Positions 53,227 through 64,000 of a DNA stretch of 64,000 nt are shown one piece after another. Source of the DNA: Tubulanus polymorphus (Eukaryota; Animalia; Nemertea); the NCBI RefSeq assembly GCF_964204645.1, contig NC_134025.1:24470299-24534298 (forward strand), written 5' to 3'. Positions within the stretch are counted from its first letter, which is position 1. Each line of letters starts with the position of its first letter. The notes beneath the pieces were generated by a model that saw only the letters and a list, made by a program, of their open reading frames with translations, was not told the DNA's origin and searched no databases. Position numbers and translations under genes: made by a program.

Positions 53227-53887
53227 TTCAATTATGATAGCTGCACTTTCACTTTGGGTTAATTGCATTTAAATTCACAACTCATCTATTTCGTTCGTCG
53301 GAAATCATAGTTTCAAATCTGCTTATCAGTTTTTAAGTGAAAGAAAGGGTTACGGTAAAAAGCAGAGTAATTTTTTCGACGATGAAGTAGATATGGAATA
53401 ATTACAATTCGCATCATCTATTTCAATATGGGGCATTCTTAAACAGAAACTAAGAAATTGGAAATATATACCAAGCAGATCTGAAATTTAAAAACCTAAC
53501 CTAGGAGGTAATATCGGATTTAGCTATTTGTGCAGAAGAAAATTGTGGCAAGTTATGAAATACGTTATACACCGATTATTGCATGGATCCCATGGATGAT
53601 TCGTGTACGCATTTAAATATATATATATATATCTATCTATACATTGAATAAACATAAATAAAAATCAACAATAATTAATATCAATTTTACAGAATCATCC
53701 AGCATTTATCATGCATTTATCATATTCATCATTTCATTTCGCATTTTTAACATTTTTTTTTGTCCCAATAAAATTTCTCCACAGCCGAAACCTAACATAA
53801 GAACATAAGTTTATTATGTCTCTACCAATCGCACAAATTAAAACAAGCGTTTTAGGATTTAAATCATGACTGTGGAATTGCTCCACA

Positions 53888-53994
53888 GGCCGGTTTTATA
53901 GACTGGTATTACCTTTTACCAGGGGGCTAACTCAATTCATTATCAATTGAGTTAGCCCCCCGGTTAAAGGTAATACCAGTCTGTGAAACTGGCC
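53888..53994. mobile_element. Near-perfect palindromic MITE (GGCCGGTTT...AAACTGGCC)
   Basis: About 50-bp arms (AGACTGGTATTACCTTT / AAAGGTAATACCAGTCT; GGGGGCTAACTCAAT / ATTGAGTTAGCCCCC); CAG follows the right end. Confidence 0.85.
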
Positions 53995-54515
53995 CAGAAG
54001 TCTTCAACTGAATTCGGATCACAATAGTTTACCAGTCCAGTACTTGTTTCCACACATTCTAAATCATTTGGCCAAGGATAAGTTAGCTTTATCTATTCAC
54101 GTCAACCAAAGAAACAAATAGAATGCAAGAACTAATATAGACCTGTTAAAAAATCGCTAGTTAGTCCGTTTTTTTTACTTTTAGACAAAATAGAGGCCCC
54201 AGGACACCATGCCCACCTCATGAAATGCTTGATAATCCAATATTCAATGCCCATAGGTGAACAAATACCGTAATCAATTTCCTTTAACATACCACAATAT
54301 TTGCAATTGATTGTGGTCACAAAATATGCCCCCTGGTGAGTCTATACCAGCGGCCATGAATCATAGAACTTGTCTTCCTAATACTGTCAGATGTGTCCTA
54401 TGACAGTGCTAACTATCTTTATTGGAGCAATTGATTACAAAAACCAAGACAATAAATTTAATTTGGTTGTCGATCGTGTAAAAATTTACTGATCCTTTTT
54501 GGGCACAAACGCATT

Positions 54516-54587
54516 CAAAGGGTGGCCATCTTGTTTCCGATGGATGATGTCAAAGGGTGGCCATCCTGTTTCCAATGGATGATGATG
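54516..54587. repeat. Tandem duplication of a ~34-bp unit TCAAAGGGTGGCCATC(T/C)TGTTTCC(G/A)ATGGATGATG, probably inside a larger interspersed repeat (~54130-54960)
   Basis: Two adjacent copies; related GCCATCTTG motifs near 54718 and 13261. Confidence 0.7.
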
Positions 54588-55059
54588 GGTACAAGAGGTT
54601 ACATATATGCATGGAACAGTTAGATAATTGATCGAGGCCTCTTAACATTATCCCATAAAAACCTCAAAAATGTGTAAAAAATGCTGATTTTTCAGCGAAC
54701 AACAGTGGCTGCCAGTCAGCCATCTTGATTTTTATCAGGCCAGTTTTTGGGATGCAGGTTTAGGCTGCATGTGTCTCGTGCAGATACATATACCAAATAT
54801 CAAGACAATCCATTGAAGCATCTTCAAAACTTTCTGAAAATACTGCATTCCATCTACGGTCAGAGGGATGACAGTGAGAAAAGTGATCACAAAGGCCTGC
54901 TGAAGCGAAGCCACCAAGTGGACTAAAAAAGACCCTACACGTGACAAAGATGCACACAACAACCATCATATTTAGATTCAGTAACTAGTTCATATTATCA
55001 GTAATTCTATCATTATCTATGTACATTTTATTTTCATAACTTTCTCATACAATCATTCT

Positions 55060-55094
<35 letters not shown>

Positions 55095-56519
55095 ATCGTA
55101 TTTACAAATAGTCATTGACACTTGTTACCAGTCACATCGGCATCAAATTCGGAGTTGGAGAAATATGTGTGCAGGGAGTGTGAATTTCTTATAAATTGAT
55201 ATGGGCATTGGTCCACATTCTACCGAGATGGTTGGTGTTTTGAAAGTGCAGGAGACCAAAAAGGAGTTTTTATAAAATTTAAGTTTATTCAGAATGGAAT
55301 AAAACACATAAATACTAAAACACTGTCATTTCCAAGAGCGATATGATATGATATATTTTCATAGGTAAAATGAATAAGTCCTCTTTATCTAATCATGTAT
55401 CATATTAGGATAAGGTTCTGTTTTAATAGCTAACTTGACATTTTTGATTACCTAGTTGAACTATTCAATTCTGAAGAATGTTGATTTTCAAAATGGGTGT
55501 GTAAACCTTAATAAGCATCAGTCACTTGCCTTGTTTCAAATAGATCATATCCTGTGATATAATTATCACTTCTGTGAAATGATTATCACATTGCAAGGAT
55601 AAAGCAGAAAATTTCAGGAATTTGTTTATCATTATTACACCCATTATACCCATTATACGCACAAAATTCTAAGAATTCCATAGAATTATCTTGAGTTCGA
55701 TATTCTAAAACAAAAATACTAAAATGCCCTCTCAAAAGCATCTTAAAGTATTTGAAAAAATAAATCCTATAGATTACGAGGTTTTCTACACAAAAGGTAC
55801 CCAAGAAAATTCTGAGACTGAAAAATAGTTGATAAAATGTAAAGGGGTTCTTTTCAATGACCGATTTAATAGCTCACATTGTCAACACTCAATATTTTTG
55901 TGTGAATATCACTTAAGAAACTAATTTCATGAAAGACAATTTTTCGATTAAATGCTTTATCTGACGTATTTTGGTAAATTTCAAATTGGCGGTTCGTTGA
56001 AGTCACCGCTAAAACTAAGAGAGTGCTAATATTGTGATAAATTGGTTTCCCTGTATTCACACACGCACACACACCCATACAGAAGAACCCAGAAGATTTG
56101 AAGAGCGCATCACAAAACTAACTAAGGTTTCACTCATTTCACAATCAAGGGTTGATAGTTTGAACTGCCAGTTGGCAGAAATATCGGCAAATTCAATAAG
56201 TATAGAAGGCAACTGAGGCAACAATGTGCTCGAATGGCTTCAGAAGCCTTGTCGCCAATTTGATCATACAGGTTGAGGTACTTGCATATTTTTTTGTCAG
56301 AACGATGCTAATAGCTCAACAGGAAGCAACAAAGTTCGCTTTGATATGAAACCTATAGATTTGTGACGTTTGACACTTCTGAACTAATGCGCCGAGAAAG
56401 GAAAAACTTCGAAGTACTGGTACCTGAAAATCTAGCTTAACGGGCAAAATGAGACCGTGAAAAATTATTCTACCTATCATTACAAATTGTAAATCAAACA
56501 ATGGTAAGTACATCTAAGG

Positions 56520-59500
56520 TTTATTGTTTACAACAGGCACCGAAAAAACTGTCAAGTAAATTTAGTAAGAGCTTATGAATTAAAAACCCACTATACACGG
56601 AAAATTGAAAGCAAATTTCATTTATCAAAAATCAGATCAAGACACAATGTACACCTGACGATGATCTCTAGTGTGAGTTCAAAACGTTGTATTTGCTTTC
56701 GATTTTCTAAATTTTGTATGTAGCATGGTCTTAAACTTCTATTATTCTATTTTCCACATCTGAGTGCACAGGCCCTCTGTCTACTAGTAAGAGCTTTGGT
56801 GTGAAACAGAGCGGCTTCACTATAGCTCGATTTACATTGAACATTGAAGTCTACAATAACAAATCCGAGAATTTTAAGTCTAGCAAAAAAATAATAAAAT
56901 CAACAACAATACCGAACAACAATTTAGATAAACATCATTCAAACTCAATCTATTAACATAAATAGAATGTTTAACAAACTAGCACTAAAGTTATACATCA
57001 CATTCCACATGCATGCACATAACAAATTAATGGTCTAGCACAAAATATAAACTTCAAGCGTGTTTCACAAAAGGATCTTTTTAGTAATTAGCTGCGAAAA
57101 GGCCGATCGTCCCTCTCTGTCAAATAATCTCAATTGACATTGAAGCAAAAAATACATAATACAATCCCATAGTCATAATCAATGATAGTCTTTTTTCTCT
57201 CAAAATGTGCATAAACGGAAAAAAAATAAAGAGCAACAGGGCATATTTTGTGATCGATTATCCTGAATGACTATTCATCGGACATAATGACAGTGCTTAT
57301 GAGGTAAATTTGAATGAAATTCACTTGTAAAGCTACTGAAGGCCTATTACGTTTCAAATTGCGAGAAAAAAGATCTTTCATGCATGATAAGAATGATGAA
57401 ACGATCTCGTAAATCAGTCGTCAGTTCTATCTACGGTTTTTCGGGGGACTTTCAGGAGGGGAGGCAGATTGAGATGCTTTCACTCCTTTACGACCGGTCC
57501 GTAATGACAGCCTACGGGTAAGGGACCTCTCATTTGGTGCGTTAGGAAATTCAAACATGACTTGGTCGGAACCTGAAAAAAAATATGATAAATATTATTC
57601 TACGAATACAAGGTGGCTGTAGGTGGTAATTACATCTAAGTATATGAAGATCTCTGAAGAAAAGAGCCCTTTGTGATGTTCCTCACATTCATAACTACCA
57701 GTATGGGGTGGGGCCGACCCATACATCGTGTTCGTACATAATTTATTGTGCTCCAGTATGATAAATCAAATGTATGTTAAGCGTATACATAAATACAGAG
57801 GGGAGGGGTAGACAATTCTAGAAAATTTCATCTACATAATAAGTACCCTTGAGTAATCAAGCGTAGATGATTTGTTTCATTTTACAGCACCATCATCTCC
57901 GCGAGATGCACGCATTTTGGCCGAGACAATGATAGTTCAAAAACGGAGAAGTCACCGCACAACTTTCTGTGTAAAGCGAGCCCGTCAGAGACGTACAAAA
58001 GAGCAGGTCAGGTTTCACTTCATTAATCACAACGTAGTGATGCAATTAGGACGAGACATGTCAATTATTCTTATTAACGCCATTGTCGTTGGCATTATCA
58101 ATGGATAATTTTTCGAGCGCTCTTCAAATACCAATTGATAATAATAGATATGAAAAGTCGAGCTCTTCGGAATCTAAATCAACAACTAGGGCCGGTAAAT
58201 AGTAATTAGATATGTTTGGTAAATAATGATAAATTATTGGATTTGGTGAATTTTCTCGCATTTTTGTACCACATAACATACTGGGTCAGTTAGCTCAAGA
58301 ATTGGCTTGAGATAAATACCATCCAGTTCACTGATTAATTCTAACCAACTTTTGAGCAACTGGCCCTGGGTAAATAAGATTTAATATACTGTATTCGAAC
58401 AATAAGAAACTCTTTTGAATAAATGGAATATACATACATTTTTCTGGTTATATGAGGGATTGCTATTGAAGATTTCTAAGCGTAAGCTTTAGACAAACAA
58501 ATTCTAATTCGGAAAAAAAAATAATGATACCATATGAAAAGAAAGCAGCCATAAGAATGCCGAATATCATTCGAAAACAGAAACATTTCAACGTGTTTTA
58601 CTTTTGATACAAATTGAGTAAATTGAAAATTCCAAGAAATTTTCTCTCGATTCTCCTCCCGAAGGTGATACAAAAGTGACAACGAGACTGCTATAACATC
58701 GAATTAAGATGTAAAATGAAAAAAAAAAACAACAAGCAATAAGCTAAACAGCAAACAATTGTCGAGTTGAGACCTGGTCTTCTACACATTACCGGAAAAA
58801 AAAACACTCAATAAGTGATCTATCTTCATAAAACAAGACATTTTTTTCTGAATCCTTAGAAATAGTATGCAGTTTCCAACCGTTTCATAAGAAAAATTCT
58901 CGACAGAATTGAGACTTTTGTAAGCAAAAAAAAATTTTTGACTCGGGAAATTGTCATGTTAACTGTAATGTAGGTAATATTTGAACCGAAAAATCAATGT
59001 GAACTCATGTACAGCGGTGTACGTACAACATTAATAAGAGAAAATCTTGTGACAGAAATAAAAATATGAAAATTGGTAACCAGTAAACAAAACATGCATC
59101 AACAAATGTGTGTAATATAACATGCATATCGGTGATAGGTCAGAATACACCACATACATTGAAAATACAAAAAGTTCATCATAATTGATTTTTGGCCTTT
59201 GTATGAAAGTTGATATTTGTCATCCAGCGATATCGTCAGTTATCAACAACCTATCGTAGTTTTTGAATCAGTAACTAAACCAAACTTCAGCCGCTCGAGG
59301 AAATGCAAATGAACTTCAATAATATTTGTTCAGTAAAATTTGGTAGATGCATTCAGCGGTAATGTGGTGCAATTCGTGACCGAACGAAAATGGAAACCGG
59401 CGGGCCTCTATTTGTCGAAGCATTGTCGAATTTAGAGATATGACGATGAAGGATGCCCGCTCGTTCGTGTACGTTCAGGTGAACTCAACGAACGGGGGCG

Positions 59501-60057
59501 ACGACGGTGATGACACGAACAATGCTTTGAAAAACGAGGTGCCCGTAATTATAGTAGTAGCAGAATTAGTATACCGTTTCGTTAAAGAGATTCTCCGTTC
59601 TCGCGTTTCATACGACGCGATGCAAGCTAGATATTTTGCTTATTAAAGACACGCAAATTGCCGGGCATGTCGAAGGCATTTGCGAGGGTAGAATTATGAA
59701 GTCTCCCTGTAAAAACGAAAGAATGTCAGAGTAGTTTCTCGTCTTTAACGACGTATTAAAATTTGAATGAAAACAAAAAAGAATAAAAAATTCCTGCGAT
59801 TAATCGCTCGAATAAAATTAGATAATAAGTGAATGCGTTAAGATCAGCAAGAAGGATTAGAAAGGATTCAATTCGTCGGTTGTGAGTAAAATTTAACGGC
59901 GAAATTCAGTTTGACTTGAGACACAACCCTACAGAACTGGGTCCAGGTAGGCGAATTTATCAAGCATGAAGCTGCGCAGGAAATGAATGACATTTGATTG
60001 TTATCTTATGAAACGGGCCACGATTTTTTATGATGAACGAAAAATGTTCTACTAATG
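56520..60057 (-). other. Probable ~3.5-kb 3'UTR of RALGAPA
   Basis: Follows the stop at 60058; the minus strand is T-rich; minus-strand AATAAA at 56525-56520. The end point is inferred. Confidence 0.5.
58284..58365. mobile_element. Short palindromic MITE with CTG target-site duplication
   Basis: CTG|GGTCAGTTAGCTCAA...TTGAGCAACTGGCC|CTG. Confidence 0.7.
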
Positions 60058-60215
60058 CTAGAGTATATCAGTACCTTTGCTGTGTTTACTTGACGGTGAA
60101 TGTTTATCGCCTTTGCTGTCGTTTTTGCTATGTTCTCCAGACGCCGTCAGGCCGTTGTTATTATTGCTAAAAAATGACGAAGTCTCAGAAAAGGGTGTTC
60201 CAGGTAGGATGTTTT
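60058..60215 (-). CDS. RALGAPA: Probable terminal coding exon of RALGAPA (ENILPGTPFSETSS...KHSKGTDIL*)
   Basis: Strong acceptor TTTTTATTTGCAG; its phase (1) matches the donor of exon 61678-61582; open to TAG. The peptide itself is not recognisably conserved. Confidence 0.65.
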
Positions 60216-61431
60216 CTGCAAATAAAAATCGAGACATTTGACTTGAGATCACTTACAAGTGACGATGGATACAAGGACTGTGACATTAATGCCAAATCAA
60301 CGGGGTAAAGATGATACCCAGACGAAGCAAGATGAACGCTGATTTTTTATAGCAATTTCAGTGGAATATTCGCACATTTTTTAAACTCCTTTAGAATGTT
60401 GGCGTGTTAGATGTTGATGATTACACCATAAATAGCCTTTAGACATACAGGAGCTAAGACTTTCAAACCCTTATAGTGTTGGGAGTAAGATATTCATAAT
60501 TCATATTCTTATAATTCTTTAGAAAATGTTTTAACATTCAAACAGTTTTACACCTGACGCAGATTGTCGTGATTTGATAATAAAATCTAGGGCGTAAACC
60601 GAGCGAATTACATGTAAGGACTGTTGTGACGACTGCGCAAATGTTAGCACGCTTTGCGGGTGTGGTCATCAAATTCTGATATTCAATTTCCTTCTTCATT
60701 AATTACAAAGCACTGGCCAGGGTCCGATCTACAGCCCTCTTTAATTACGACGAAATCGTCATGCATTCATGACATGACAAAGTCATACGAATACATGAGG
60801 CATGCTTTCGTTACAATAGACTTACATTACTACAAACACATGACTGACAGTTACAGAATGCCGAGAAGTCCGGAAACAAAGACAGATGGATTATCTGTGA
60901 TGAATTTTGCCATGTATACATATATATTCAAGTTACCGCAAAGTCATTCACAGAAGATGGTTAATAATACTGTCTCAGAAATTTTCTGAACATGCCTAGC
61001 GAGTGTTCGGATTTCAAATGTTTGCCGAGAGACGAAGTAATTGTCTTTTTCTCCCTCGACTCGATAATAATGATATCAGCATTTCTATAAATCCAAAAAT
61101 TTAAAGACGAATCACCGTTAGAGAATTATTCAAACCTGCTATGATATCTGTTCAGATAATCGCATGCTTAAAAGATAAAATTCTAAGATTTAGATTATCT
61201 AGATTTAGATTATGCAAATACACGGCCGCATAAAAAGGGTGCACACTCCCTAAAAGTGGCCCTGAAATTTCATGAGAAAATATAAGATGTTAACCTGATC
61301 CATCAAGATTCTAGGATTATAAGCTTGGCTTTTCCGAAAATGAGTTGATATTTTCTAATGGAGAGGGGATGCGGGCGCCCTTTGAATCCTGATATGCTCA
61401 ATTTTGAGGGTCCCACCCTCCCTAAATCAGA

Positions 61432-61448
61432 CCCTAGATCCGCCCCTG
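61432..61448 (-). mobile_element. Right-end terminus of the CAGGGGCGGATC MITE family
   Basis: CCCTAGATCCGCCCCTG is the reverse complement of the termini at 1187 and 32754 with one mismatch. Confidence 0.55.
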
Positions 61449-61581
61449 AAATGTATTGCAAAATTTTTAATGAATCACCATATCAATTCGAAGGTAAAAT
61501 GTTGTTTTCGACGCTGTAACTGTGTATGAAAGAGTTTTTTGAAGATCGTGCGAAACTAGTCAGATATATTGATGTACATAC

Positions 61582-61678
61582 CAGGACAAAGCACAGGTGC
61601 AAAGACATTCTCGGCGAAATCTTCGAACATCGTCAGTTCTTTATGCTGCGACACTATTGCTTCAAGATATTTGGCCCG
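61582..61678 (-). CDS. RALGAPA: Near-terminal exon of Ral GTPase-activating protein alpha subunit; upstream exons lie beyond the window
   Basis: 97-nt exon CAG|...|GTATGT encoding [32 protein letters not shown]. This matches the conserved segment after the GAP domain as I recall it in vertebrate RALGAPA ([28 protein letters not shown]). Confidence 0.85.
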
Positions 61679-62048
61679 CTGTTCATAGCTTCAGTAAACA
61701 CACGCGTTAAGGAGTAAAACATATATACATACACAAATACATGACGTATCAAACAATGTATATATATTCAAACATTCATTCGAAAAAACTACACGTCAAA
61801 AATAAAACGAATAGAGCATCACCCGATAGCGTTGACAGTAAGGTTGTTTGTAAACCTCACGGCACCAACGCAATGACACTAAAGGGTACACGGAGCTGAG
61901 TGTTAGCACAAATTCATACGAACTGATGCCCCGGAGAAAAATTCCGTGAGGGTATTTTTCCTCCGATTTACAGGAAATTTTTAATCAAGATTCTTTTCAT
62001 CGGTCCAAAATGCAAACGGGCTATTCTATCATATACTGTTCATTTGAT

Positions 62049-62270
62049 AAACCATGGACGTATAAATACTAGGATAAAACTATGGACTCTGATAGACCAT
62101 GGACCCTAAAACAAGATTATTTTTTTATAAATTAATGCTAGGATCAAACCATGCACTCTGGTAGACCATGGACCCTAAAACGAGAGTATTCATGAAAAAA
62201 CAATGCTTGGATCAAACCATGGACTCTGATAGACCATGGAAACTAAAACGAGAGTTTTTGAGTCCACGGT
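62049..62270. repeat. Tandem repeat of a 68-69-bp unit (3 copies) built on CCATGGAC motifs
   Basis: Units start at 62069, 62138 and 62206; a related AAACCATGGACTATAAAAC...GTCCATG cluster lies at 26439-26541. Confidence 0.8.
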
Positions 62271-64000
62271 AAGCGCACCATCTCTTTAAATTAACGTCTG
62301 CTTCGCTTGATGACGGAAAGCCCGACTAATCAAGCAACAAGTTCTATTTAGATTTCATCCCGGCCAGATGATCGTATCGCATCGATTTCGGTATCGAATC
62401 TGTAACCGAAATAATATCGCCATGAGATCTTTGAAGTCTGTCATTTGAAAAACCAAATGCATTTGACAAAATAACAAGAGCGTCGATTGATAACAACCGC
62501 TGATGCTCATATGACATCCACCTCTTCAGGGAGAATGGATGAATTAAGCCTATTGATACGGAGAATATCATCCAGCGCTCACTCGACGCTATAACAAAAG
62601 CCGGTGACCAGTTGTGAATATGCAAATCACGCGTCGCCTATAAAAACCCCCGAAATCACGGCTGAGCAAATGTTCGATTCACACAGGGTACGTAGGCCCG
62701 GTAAATGACAGCGGTGCGTCACCGATGCTCAGACGACCGCAGACGGCCGGTTTTGGTTTTCGAAAAAAAATCGACTCGCTCTTGAACGGCGGCCATTGTT
62801 TTGAGGGTATGACGGCCGGCCAGCGTAAGGATCAATTTACGACGAGATAACAAACTGAAAACGAGAGTCGTTCATGGCACTCGTACGCCGCTTGTTTCTA
62901 TTGTACCCGCACCGCTTCGAGAATGCTCTCGTGTGCAGATTTTTTAATGATCATTTCTGTGGCGTGATGCACGTTTGAAAAAATGGTTAATGAGAATTTC
63001 ATGATCATTTGCCAGCATATGGCACCGTTTTCATAATTGCTCACATGCCTTAATCGCCTAAATAAACAATATCTCTGAAGCGGTATAAAGTATCCTTAGC
63101 TTATATTAAATGAACAAACAAGGCCTAGTAAAACATGATAGGCGCGAGATTTTGAAGGGTTTTCGATCTAGAAGTTTTTGTCGGACATTTCAAGTGACCA
63201 ATGGAGCTAAACTGAAAAAAGCGCATTTTTCAGAAACACTTCTTAGAAATGGCACCTAAATTACACAGATGGCACAGCATGTGTACGGCACATAATCTCC
63301 AATAAGCAATATATCTCAATTCAACGGCTTAAATCTTATCAGGATCCTATTGGATAACGTTAGACTACAGCCACCTGGTGATATTAAAAACCTTTATTTT
63401 ATCGCCCAGTGGATTCAATACCCGATACATTCGGGGGGGATGGGGGTGGGGGGAAATAAGGTTAGAATATACGGTTGTTCTTTTAAAGCAGGTAAATATT
63501 GTATCTATCTCGCGTCTATTTGCGGATTATAGCCTCGCTCACAATACACCGGAAACTAGGCAATCATCGATGGATAACAAACTGTTTTTATCTCGCGCCG
63601 GCGGTCCTGTCACCCCCTCCCCGATCCTCCCCAACTCCCCCCCCCCCCCCGGGTAAGACGAGGTAACTAATACGAGCCGAGTGTTGATAACCGATGACAA
63701 ATGCTCGTGACATCGTTGATGACCATTAGACCAGTGTTTACGACCGAGCCGCGCGGTACGGCTGGTGCGTATACGCAAAGGTATGACGGTGAATTTGTCA
63801 CCCCGCATTCCCTTAGTCACGCCGATAAATCACTATAGCTGACACCGATGATAGCCCCGCGACTGTCGTTAATGGTAATGCTTCGATGGCCTTAAGACCA
63901 TCGGATGTCGGGAAACAGACTTAATGTCGTCGCGTCTGAGATCGCATAAAAACATTGACAACCGTCAGAAGTGGGCACTGTAGACTTTCTCAAGAGCTAT

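Noticed and set aside
60257-60338. Possible additional RALGAPA exon just upstream of the terminal exon
   Set aside because: It would need a 41-nt intron and has a stop in the required frame.
32754-61448. One giant composite transposon carrying INSM between inverted CAGGGGCGGATC ends
   Set aside because: The 8-bp flanks differ (ACCATTCT versus AAATGTAT), the right end lies inside a RALGAPA intron, and the terminus is a dispersed repeat.

Overview
AT-rich, intron-containing DNA from an invertebrate animal (probably a bilaterian; the taxon cannot be fixed from sequence alone). I assembled the spliced genes by hand from GT-AG junctions and recognisable protein motifs; no database search was run. 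In order: a repeat-rich zone (28-bp minisatellite, 5'-truncated LINE, (CTG)88 tract inside a possible small minus-strand gene); MPND (+, 14 exons); an ER FKBP7/14-type protein with a degenerate PPIase pocket (-, 4 exons), head-to-head with PLEKHA8/FAPP2 (+, 12 exons); ADPGK (-, 5 exons); a ~14.5-kb non-coding stretch; an intronless INSM/nerfin gene (+) with six zinc fingers and a variant SNAG motif; a ~13-kb non-coding stretch; and the last exons plus probable long 3'UTR of RALGAPA (-), whose diagnostic exon the ORF track misses. The most striking result is two gene pairs arranged as in vertebrates: FKBP7/14-PLEKHA3/8 head-to-head and INSM-RALGAPA tail-to-tail. No rRNA, tRNA, CRISPR or intact autonomous mobile element was found, and nothing here is a demonstrably new biological system.
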